From: Guillardia theta CCMP2712
Lineage: Eukaryota > Protista > Cryptophyta
Reading direction: 5' to 3'
Assembly (NCBI RefSeq): GCF_000315625.1
Contig: NW_005434668.1
Coordinates: forward strand, 623,523 to 687,522
DNA length: 64,000 bases
Translations under genes and position numbers: made by a program
Notes under the pieces: generated by a model
What the model saw: only the letters and a program-made list of their open reading frames with translations
What the model was told of the DNA's origin: nothing
Databases searched by the model: none
Shown: piece by piece, positions 46,758 through 56,762 of the stretch
Position numbering within the stretch: position 1 is the stretch's first letter
Layout of the letters: every line of letters begins with the position of its first letter

Positions 46758-48040
46758 GCCCAAGCGCGAAGCCGCGCAGACAAGCAGCCTAAGGGTCAAG
46801 CAATCAAGCAACAAGCAGCAGGAGCATGCAGGAGGGGTAGGAGGCGAACAAACGGAGATGCTCGCAAGAGGGCAAGCGAGCGCCTTCAGTGATGCTCCCA
46901 TCAAAGTAGTCGCGACTCGCACGTCCCTCGATTGCATCGAAGAGAGCCTGGCGGTCGAGGGAGTTGAAGGCGTTCTTTGCATCCAAACTCACCAGCACTG
47001 TGGGGTGGGCAACATCCTCATCATCACCGCGAGCGTGAAGGGGCAGGAGCGCTGACGCGGTTTGCGAGAACTTCAGGCAGTCGTCACGAGTCTCGATCGA
47101 GTCCGAACTGAATCGCTCGAGGGTGAGACGAGAGGACACACAACGAAGATTTACTGGCAGAAGGTAAAAAGTGCCTGGAGTGTCGGATACAAAACAAAGC
47201 ATGAACAAGCTAAACCTGCCTGCACACAGCGCACAGCGAGAAGCTGCACAAACACACACAAAACACAAGCCCGAAAGAACCAGCACTGCTGAGGAAGTGC
47301 TGGTCAAGAAATGTGCGAATCCGGGGAATAAATCTGCCTCCTCGACGAATGGCTGACAGGGCAGGAATAAGAAGATCCGGCATCCGGCCAAGAAGGACCC
47401 CTTGGAGGATATGTTTGCAGTAGAGCTTCAAAGCTGTACTTCGTTCATAATGCTGGAGCGATCCTCTACCGTCGTGTGAGGGCTCCTGGCCTTCCCGCAT
47501 CGCTATGCTCAGACCACTCAAGGGCGCTCTTGTCTGGTGCGAGGCGCATGACGCCCTTGCGGGCGCAAGCACTTCTCGAGCCAGAGGACAGCTCCTCCTC
47601 GGACTTTGTCGAGTCGCCCGAGGAGGAGACTTCGCCGGAGGTCTCCGACTCCGATGGGGGAAACATCCAGAGTGGAGCCGACGATCGGCGCGGGGCTAGC
47701 GAAGCGTCTCCGTCCCTCACTGTGACGTCGGGTGCCTCCGGAGAGCTCGACACCACTGGGGTGCTTGCTGCTGGTCCGAGCTCGCCTGCTTCCTCCCGGC
47801 ATCGGTCGGGTCACGCCGGTCCTTGGGCATTGCTGCGGCGTCGCCGCCGTCACGGGCGGCTACCACTGACTCGGCTACCGCTGACTCGGAGGCTAGCGAG
47901 GAGGCCAGCAGCAGCAACAGCAGCAACAGCAGCAACTGAGGTCGATTTACTGGCAACAGCAGCAACAGCAGTAACCGCGTCAGCAGCAGCAGCAGAAGCA
48001 GCAGCAGCAGCAACGCCAGCGTCAGCAGCATCGTCCGCGT

Positions 48041-48076
<36 letters not shown>

Positions 48077-50670
48077 ATTTACTGGCAGAAGGTAAAAAGT
48101 CGCAGCAGCAGCAGCAGCAGCAACACCAGCCGCGGCACTGCGGCAACCACCACAGCAGCGACCACAACCGCGCGGGCCGAGGGAGCAGCGGCAGTCCGGC
48201 AGAAGGTAAAAAGTGCCTCAAGCAAAACAAAGCAGGAACAAGCTAAACCTCCTGGCACACAGGAATCTGAGCCTGCTCCTCCGCCGCGACCTACGCTGTC
48301 CCTCGATTCATCAGTTCACTGCGGGTGACCTTCATCGGGCGGTACGGACACTACTGAGCTCCGGCATCTACAAGGCTGAATCTTTCGCTGATCTTCTTGC
48401 TGAAGCACAAGAGAAGTTTCCTGCTGGTGCGTCGCCTGCCTTTTATTCCTCCTGCATGCTCCTGCTGCTTGTTGCTTGATTGCCTGACCCTTAGGCTGCT
48501 TGTCTGCGCGGCTTCGCGCTTGGGCTGGCGCTGCCGCGTCTGGGTGCCAGTGTGATTGTGCAGCTTCTCGCTGTGGACTGTGTGCCTGCCGGTTCAGCTT
48601 GTTCCTGCTTTGTTTTGCTTGAGGCACTTTTTACCTTCTGCCAGTAAATCCTATCAGTGCCTTTGGAAGTGCTTCCGCGGCTCATCTCACCCAGCAAGCG
48701 CTTGCAGTACGGTACTGCAGGTGGATTTGACTGACATCCTCGACACCACTAGCCTGATCCAGGCGATCAAGCGCTACAGCTCCTTTTCAGAGCGTCATCG
48801 ATACAGTGGGGGATCCTCGTTCTCGACGGCAGGTACCCTCCCATGAGGGCCGCAAGATGAAGGGCGATATCCACATCCCTGGAATCCGCGATCGAGGGTC
48901 TGAGCAGTACGAGGGCTTGATGGCGGACGTGACGTTGGTCCACCCTTACATTGGCAGCTCTGCCGACCTGACCAAGTGGGGGGAGGTCAACCTCGCTGTG
49001 GACTGTGTGCCTGCCGGTTCAGCTTGTTCCTGCTTTGTTTTGCTTGAGGCACTTTTACCTTCTGCCAGTAAATCCTATACCTCGACGCCCTCCATGTTGC
49101 AGCGTCTGACAAGATTCGCAAACATCGCGCTGCATATGCTATGACTACTCCTGTGCCAGGAGGTTTAGCTTGATCCTGCTTTATTTTGCTTGAGGCACTT
49201 TTTACCTTCTGCCAGTAAATCCTATACTCCTCCACGTGCCTCCGGAGAGCTCGACACAACTGGGGTGCTTGCTGCTGGTCCGAGCTCGCCTGCTTCCTCC
49301 CCGGCATCGGTCGGGTCACGCCGGTCCTTGGGCATTGCTGCGGCGTCGCCGCCGTCACGGGCGGCTACCGCTGACTCGGCTGGATACCGCTGACTCGGAG
49401 GCTAGGCTAGCGAGGAGGACTACCTCGAGCGGTACCGTGTTCCTGTGTCCAGCCTCCCTCCGTCCGCTGCCCCTGGCGGACCCCCGGGCAACGCCGGCTC
49501 CTTGTCGGCGGCTGCCCTTTCTCCGTCCGCGGCCGCCCGCTTTGTGGCGGCAGCGGACGTCTCGACTGACAGTGGTCAGTCGGCTGCCTCCGGGTATCGC
49601 GTCTAAGGGATTTTCTTCCTCCTGCATGCTCCTGCTGCTTGTTGCTTGATTGCTTGACCCTTAGGCTGCTTGTCTGCGCGGCTTCGCGCTTGGGCTGGCG
49701 CTTCCGCGTCTGGGTGCCAGCAGTGCTGGTTCTTTTCGGGCTTGTGTTTTGTGTGTGATTGTGCAGCTTCTCGCTGTGGACTGTGTGCCTGCCGGTTCAG
49801 CTTGTTCCTGCTTTGTTTTGCTTGAGGCACTTTTTACCTTCTGCCAGTAAATCCACTATTCGCTTTGCGGGGACCGATGACCAAGGGTGGAGGATTCGGC
49901 AACACCTGTCACCCCTTTCGAGTCATCCTGCCGCGAGACATTGCAGAGTTGGGTACGGGAAGCAGGAAGGCGGGAAGGTGCTCAAAGAGCAGAACAAGGG
50001 TCTGATAGCTGGACGAGGAAGGATCATATCGATCGATGAATTGCAGCAAAGACACAAGACAAGTCAGCCAAAGCTCTGCAGTCTCACCAAAGAGGTGAGA
50101 CGCAGTGACATGAGGACGAAAGCGCTCATGAATATAGAGGAAGACTCGGAGGTTGGACATCAACCACTTCTGCCAGTAAATCCTGCCTGGTTTACTGCAG
50201 CAGCCGCCGACAAGGTTTTTTCAAGCTGGTATTGTAATATCTGAGCGATCTGAGCCGTCGACATTCCTCCAAGAGATAAGAGCTGGGATAGGCTCCCTCC
50301 CTCGCGGCCTCAAGGTCCTCGCTTGGCTCGAAGCTTGAAGGACCGGTCATGTGCAATCTTGACCGTACCTCGGTGGCTCGAAACAAGCAAGACCCTCATG
50401 CATAGAGCATACAACAACAAAAGCGGGGCCACACGTTTTACCTTATGCGAGTGGAATGTTTACTCGCAGAAGGTAAAAAGTGCCTCAAGCAAAACAAAGC
50501 AGGGGAAAGCTAAACCTGCATGCACACAGCGCACAGCGAGAAGCGGCACAAACACACACAGAAAAACAAGACCAAAAGTAAACATCAAAAGGCCGCACGT
50601 AACTGTGACAGCAACAAACGCGGCGCAAACACACAAAGCACCAGACCAAAAGTAACCAGCACTGCCACCG
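46758..50670. mobile_element. Mosaic of fragmented retrotransposon sequence (CRE-like non-LTR RT and restriction-like endonuclease pieces) with about 10 copies of a shared end module
   Basis: Minus-strand RT motif PTVLVSLDAKNAFNSLDRQALFDAI (DAKNAFNS at 46960-46983). Plus-strand RLE-like RKMKGDIHIPG...LMADVTLVHP (about 48850-48945). Repeated module ending ...gcactttttaccttctgccagtaaatc. Internal duplication of 47732-47905 at 49236-49418. Confidence 0.75.
47905..48130. repeat. (CAG/CAA)n microsatellite embedded in the retroelement mosaic
   Basis: Directly visible; interrupted by end-module fragments at about 47944 and 48073-48100. Confidence 0.9.
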
Positions 50671-50679
50671 TGATACCGG

Positions 50680-51050
50680 CATCATAGCAGGGACGCCTAG
50701 TAAACTGCGGCCCAACTCGATAGCGAGTCACTTGAAAACTGAAACTCGAAGTTGCCGCATCATGTGCTGCGTCACACACCGTCCGGACTCGAGGAGGTGT
50801 CCTCTGTGTCTCACGAGTCAAGGGAGTCCGATGCGCATCATGTGGTGAGGCGCTGACGTTATTGTAGGGCTGACATCGCCCCCGGCCCGGGCCGGGCCGG
50901 GGGCGACTCGCCGTCAGTGAGGCTCCCGGGTCGAAAGCAGGATCAAGCAACTGAAGTACCGACGGTGTCACGGTCCGAGCGGCCCGGCCGCCCGGGACTC
51001 CGACGGCGGGAGTCCCGAGTCCCGGGCGGAGGTATTCGCTGGCTTCACCA
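50680..51050. other. GC-rich CCGG/pentamer-palindrome tract 4
   Basis: Words cccggcccgggccgggccgggg, gagtcac, gacggtgtcacggt, gactc and gagtcccgagtc; abuts the REP start codon. Confidence 0.65.
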
Positions 51051-51074
51051 GGTAAACCAACTAGCAATCGCATC

Positions 51075-53299
51075 ATGGCTGAGGATCTAGACGGAGGGGA
51101 GTTTGAGGTGATCGTGATAGGAACAGACACGATGCAGGCAAGTCAAGACTTGTCTTACCTGTCCTTCACTGCTCTCTCTTCCTCTTCCTCTTCCTCTTCA
51201 TGTAACTTCCCCTTCCTCTTCACCTATGCTCCCTGTTGGGCGACTCCACTCGGCCCTTGCGCCTTTGCTCATTTTGACTCCTCGCGGTTGTGCCTCCTTC
51301 GCTGCTCATGGTATAATTCTGACTTCTGACTTCTTTCCCTTGCACCCCTCACGCCTGATGCCTACCCTACGTCGTGATGTTCCTTTGGCATCCTCTCAGG
51401 CTGTGCTCGCGGCTTCCTTGGGGCGGATGGGAAGGAGAGTTTTGCATCTCGACGCTCTACCCTTCTACGGTGAAACCTCATCGACTCACGACCTGGATCA
51501 GCTGGAGGAGTGTCTTGAACAGCTCTCGTCGGGAGGTCAAGGAGGGGCGTACGGCCTTCATTTCGACGAGGACAAGATTGCACGATCAATCAAGGTGGCG
51601 GCATGGGAGGCAACGGAATGCGACAAGATGGGGCGTCCGGTGATCGAAGACGGCTGCTCACGAGGTCGACCAGACCGTCTGACAGCGATGCCGTCAAACA
51701 GAAGGCCAATCATGTATGCGAACGTGAGAGTTGAAGCTCGAGAGGAGCCGAAGCAAGGCGAAGCCAAGAAGCATTTCAACATTGATCTCTCCCCGCGACT
51801 GAACTTGAGCAGCGGTCGCATGATCTCTTCGCTTGTCCAATCAGGTGTGGGACGGTACCTCGAGTTTGTCCCTCTCAAGTGGACGAGTTTCTTGGACGGT
51901 TCTAGCCCTGCACCATGCTTGTGCAAGATCCCAATGAGCAAAGCAGAGATTTTCCAGTCGAAGATCATCACGCCGATGGAGAAACGCCTCCTGATGAAGT
52001 TCTTGCAGCAGTCGGTGGTTCTGGGTGGCGTGTCAGAAGCAGCAGCAGGCGGTTGGGCCATCGAGGGGATCGGAGAGAGCGAGAGGGAGCAACTTGGCTT
52101 CCAACGTGCCGTCGGCCACGTGGGAAATGCAAAACATGCAGAAGAAGTGCGGGAATCAGCAGAGCAGCAAGACAAGACGCTCGACGAGGCCATGCAGGCA
52201 ACTTTGCTGCTGTGTGTTGCCTTTTTGATGGAAAGACCAGGAAGCGAGGCTAACGGAGAAGCTCAAGGATTTCATCGCTCTTGGAATTTGCTTCTCATCT
52301 CGTGACCTGCCGCTCCCAAAGGCTGTCGAGAGAGTCACAACCTACACACGGAGTTTGGGAAGATACGCGGACAGCGCTTTCCTCTGCTGCCTGTACGGAG
52401 CTTCGGAGCTCCCGCAAGGCTTCTGTCGTATGTCTGCGGTCTACGGAGGGACGTACGTGCTTCGGAAAGGACCTTCTCAGTTCCTCTTCAAGGACGACGG
52501 CAGTGCTGGCGGGATCATCTGCAACGATGGGAAAATCTTCCGAGCTCCTCTGATCTTTTGCTCGCCCTTCTACTGTCCCAAAGAGCTGCTAACGTCGCCA
52601 AACTCACTAGGAAACGATATGGTAGAGGAGCGCGTGGTGAGCAGGTGCATTTGTATCAGCGAGAGGGCCATTGGGGATGACGGATCTTCGCTTCTTGTTC
52701 TCCCTCCTCGTTCTTGCGACAACTCTGTGCCTATCCGGGTCTTGCAACTCGATTGGAGCACTCAGAGCGCTCCTCGAGGTCTCTACCTTTGGCTCCTTTG
52801 GGCCTCCGAGCTCGGTTCGTTTGACCTCAGCTCGGCCGTAACGCTTCTCGAGAGCATGACAGGCAGCTCGTGCGTTAAGCGAGTCATCTACTACCATCAG
52901 GTACTTCAGCTCGCATTTTACATGTTGTGAGAGCCACAGGTGTCAAAAGAAGGAACAAGTTGGCGCTCCTCAACTGAAGCCCAGCTCTACCCATCTCGCC
53001 TGCAGTTACGGCAGGGATTCTGGGTCACCCCCAACCTTAGTCCAGCAGTTGACAGCGGTGAAGCCATTGAGGTGGCCGAGGCAATCTTCAGGTCAAAGCT
53101 GTTCCCGTCTTTTCCTCCACTCTCTCCTAGCTCTGCGTTAGTTTGACTTGGCATTCTCAGACAAATCGTCGGTTCAGAACATGTCTTCCTCGACGCCATG
53201 CAAGAGCCGGAGGTTGGCTTGTGCTGTCACAATGAGGGGGATGCACTGATGGATTGGCAGAGCGGGATAGACGAGGAGTATCACAAGATTCTTGAATGA
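51075..53299 (+). CDS. Rab escort protein (REP/CHM, GDI family)
   Basis: EFEVIVIGTDTMQ|AVLAASLGRMGRRVLHLDALPFYG, FNIDLSPR, LVQSGVGRYLEF, IPMSKAEIFQSK..MEKRLLMKFL and LYGASELPQGFCRMSAVYGGTYVLR. The insertion after the first GDI motif and the SELPQxFCR signature favour REP over GDI. Two GC-AG introns. Confidence 0.85.
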
Positions 53300-53381
53300 G
53301 GTAAGCTAAGGGGCATGCAAGCTTGAGCGCAGCCTTCTACTAGCTTCGAGACGGAGCCAAGTCGCCTGCTCGTTTGAGACA

Positions 53382-54722
53382 TTAAAGGCCTCCGGATGAG
53401 GAGAAAAGCAATACCCGAGACGAGATTCTCTTCCTCGAGAGGGGGGATGATCTTCCAGTTTGGGCTCTACAGGGCAGCCATGAGGTGAGAGATGGAGAGG
53501 ACCAGTGAGAGATACCTGCTGAGTCCGGAGCCAGTTGAAGTCTTCCACCTGCTGCAGAGTCATTTCCCTTCCCATGGCCCCTTGTTGACCCTCCGTCCTT
53601 CCTCATCTCACCCTGGACCACATGTCTGAGTCCTGATCAAGCCCAAACCCTTGCAAGTGCTTCTCGCAACCTGCATACTGGAAGTTGTATCGTCCGAATC
53701 GCAACTGCTTGCTGTGCTCAATTATGGGGCCACTGTGGGAAGAGTGATCAGAGTCAGCAAGCACCCGAGCATGGTAGACCTTCTTGTATGCACGTAAAAA
53801 TCGCATGCCTGAATGAGAGTGAGCAACGCAAGCGACCAGGTCCGCAGGTACCTCAGCGCTGTGAATCCTCAATTGCTGCGCAGCTACTGAGATCTCACAC
53901 CTCTCAAGTTTTTCTGCGAGGACTGAGCGAACCTGCGTCAACGTCAGCGTCACTCTCCTTCATGATCACCATCGTCCTCAACCGGGCCAACGTAAACTTT
54001 GCAGCCTTCTAACCTATCTGCTCGCAAGGCCCCACAAGTGTCGCCTGCGTGAAGTCATTGATCGATGGCAGAAGACCAAGATAGAGACAGATATAGATGG
54101 TGCATCTCCTCAGCCTCGACAGAACAAAGTCTCGTCCACCAACTTCACCAGCTCGCTTGACAAGGACTTGATCTTCTCTGTCGATGAAGCACAGTTCTGC
54201 ATCGATGTCCCCAGCACGCGTGTCGCCTTGAAAATGATCTTGTCGAGAGGTCGATCCTGTATCTCCATGGATTGAATGTAAGAGGGCAGAAAGTGGAGCT
54301 GGAGGGCATCTTCGAGATTTGAAGGAGAACGTGGCAGGAGGTGAAAGCGCATGGCGACTTGTCGTGATCATTTCATGCAGTTTGCATACGGTCTCATTTC
54401 CCAGCCTAAGGTCATAACTTGGTAGAAATAGGCTGGCTCGCGCCACCTTTTCCTGCAGCCCTGCCGCTACTTCATTTGCTTGTTTCAGTCTCTCCATAAG
54501 CGCACGTCGAGTCTCAGCCCGATCAGCCTCTTGGTCCTGATCCTTAAGAAAGGCTTCGACGACATCCAACGCCTCCATGATGATCCGTTTGTCCTCATTG
54601 AAGGAGCCCCAGAACAAGAAGCAGGATTCCGGACCCTCCTTTCTCTCCTTTCCTCGCAGACTTCTCTGACTCCCCGTCTCCTTGTCTCGCTCCCTCCCTT
54701 CCTCTGCTCTCCCCATGGACAT
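53382..54722 (-). CDS. TBCC: Tubulin-specific chaperone C
   Basis: N-terminal helical part LFLPSYDLR..PPATFSFKSR; CARP domain AAQQLRIHSAE (catalytic Arg), GPIIEHS..LRFG.Y, VEDFNWLR and SPNW. Confidence 0.9.
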
Positions 54723-54975
54723 GCCGCACTGCCGCCAAATATCAAAACTTTGAATTCTCAGGCCCGCCCCAGCCTAAAAACTTCTCTGAAAGAGAGACAT
54801 GCAGCCGTTGAACTGCGACAGAACACGTCGAGCAATGAAGTAGCTCAGATGTATTTACACGAGAAACGAGAGAAGAAGCTACAGGAGAAGAAGGAGAGGA
54901 CGATGAAGACGAGGAGGAGCCATCAGCCTTGATTATGACAATGTGGGAGAGACTAGCCCCAGCCGTTCAAACTGT

Positions 54976-56661
54976 TCAAAGGTCCTTGGTTTCTTCTACA
55001 TATTGCATGCCGACGGCCTCAAGAGCATCGCGAAAGTGATCAGGGATGGGAGCGACGACCTTGAGGTCGTGTTGACTTAACGGATGTCTGCCACCGATCA
55101 AGTAAGCGAGCAGCAATCTTCAAGCATGGGATGCACGTGAACTGAAGGCTCCGGGCGTGAAGCTTCAAGGGAGTGCGAAACTTTTCAGCATCGAAGTGCT
55201 TAAGGGAGCTGAAGTCAAATCAGCCTCCTCACGTCCTCCCCCTCGTTCATGTCCTCATCAGCATCTCCTTGCTTTTCTCGTCTCCTTGTCCTCTTCTGCT
55301 ACTGCTTTCCCTTCCTCACGCTTCTCACCTGGACTCCTTCAGTTCCTCGTCGCTCGCAGTGTAGAGCTCTGCCTCCTTCCCGTATACGTTGTCTCCAACA
55401 ATCGGAAGGCCGGCGTGCATTGCATGGATGCGAATCTGATGAGTTCTGTCGTGCAGACGCACAAGGTGAGTCGAGGAACAAGCGAGAGGATCAGTAGTGA
55501 AATGAAGTTGAAGAGGAGGGCTCAAGGAGAACCTTCCTGTCTTTGGCAAGGCTCGCAGAAGCGTCATGCTCTGCGTTCTTGACCTCCCAAGAACCTCGAA
55601 TCGTGTTTCAGAAGGTTTTCCCTGTGTGATTGTTAGGGCCCTGGGTATGGGGCTGAAAGCTTTCAACAGCAACGGCGTCAGTCTCACGTCTGGAGAGACG
55701 CATCGGAGGAGCTTGCGGTGAGGATGAAAGTCTATCGCTGCATTCACCACGAAGGCGTCTACTTCCCTGCCATCACAGCTGGTCATCGCAGCCTCCGATC
55801 TCACTCAACACTCTCACGGTGAAGAACCATCCACGAGGCAAAAGTACTCTTTGACCACCTTCCTCTCTCGGAAGATCTCATGCATCAGGGGCACCTTGCA
55901 ACGAAAAGCGTGTAGTCAGCCGTCAAAGACCAGGGGAAGCGCGGGAGGTCACCATTCGCTGCTCTTTGGCATAGACGACAACTCCCGACGTCCACATGTC
56001 CAACCTGTGTATGACAAAAGGAGTCTTTCCGAGGTGTCCGATCACACGGTTGAGCAGAGTCCCAGACAAGAATCTGTGCGGCGGATTCATCTGCATGCCG
56101 GGAGGCTTTGAGACGAAGATGAGGTCGTCGTCTTCGTACAAGACTTGCAAGGGACCATGATCAGCTTGCAGCCTACCCGGGCATTCAGAACCATCAAGTC
56201 TCAACAAGGGGGACCTACGGAATCGTCTTGGAAAGTGCCTTATAATCCTGCAGCATGAAATCACTTGCGGGGCTTCTCTGACCGCAACTTACCACAGTCC
56301 CGTCAGGCTGGGTGAATTGTTTGAGAAGTTGGGGTGAGATGAAGGACTGAGCTATCCTCTTCTCGTCATCTGTGAGCGGCTTTGGTGTTGAACTCTTCCT
56401 TGGTTGTTCGCCTTCTCCCATGTCCAATGCCTTTCCTGTCAGTCTCCGACAAACAGTTTTCTGCCGAACATCTCTGATCTCACGAAAGCAAGGAGATTTG
56501 GGAAGAGCAGAGCAAGGCGAAGTGAAGAGAGGAGAGATGAACGAGCACGAGGAGAGTAGAGGAGAGGATAGTGAGCATGAGGAGAGGAGAGGAGAGGAGA
56601 GCGAGCATGACGAGCCTCCAACGAGCACGAGCGGAAGCATTTTCCAAGGCAGTTTCGGCAT
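54976..56661 (-). CDS. RluA/RluD-family RNA pseudouridine synthase with organelle-targeting-like presequence
   Basis: VLYEDDDLIFVSKPPG, IHRLDMWTSG (catalytic Asp), KEYFCLV, GKPSETRFEVL, RTHQIRIH..GLPIVGDNVYG and LKLHA. Hydrophobic plus Ser-rich N-terminal extension. Confidence 0.9.
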
Positions 56662-56762
56662 GAGGCCGCAATTCAGTCGTTAGAATCCGTTACATTTTGA
56701 CTGGAAGGGGTGTGTATTATTGGGACAGGTAGGGGTAGTAGGGGCCGTCCTGAACGAGAACG
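56662..56762. promoter_or_regulatory. Compact bidirectional promoter region with GGGGT(A) motifs
   Basis: About 100 bp between the divergent RluA and CCA start codons, containing aaggggtgtg and ggtaggggtagtaggggcc. Confidence 0.5.

Noticed and set aside
48620-48650. U5 snRNA loop-like sequence (GCACTTTTTACC) or spliced-leader RNA gene in the repeated module
   Set aside because: It does not match the invariant GCCTTTTAC loop, I saw no convincing stem or Sm site, and the copies are truncated in a retroposition-like way.
46758-50670. CRISPR-like repeat-spacer array
   Set aside because: Repeats are variable in length (18-235 bp), in both orientations and irregularly spaced, with no cas genes and a eukaryotic context. 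Retroelement ends explain them better.
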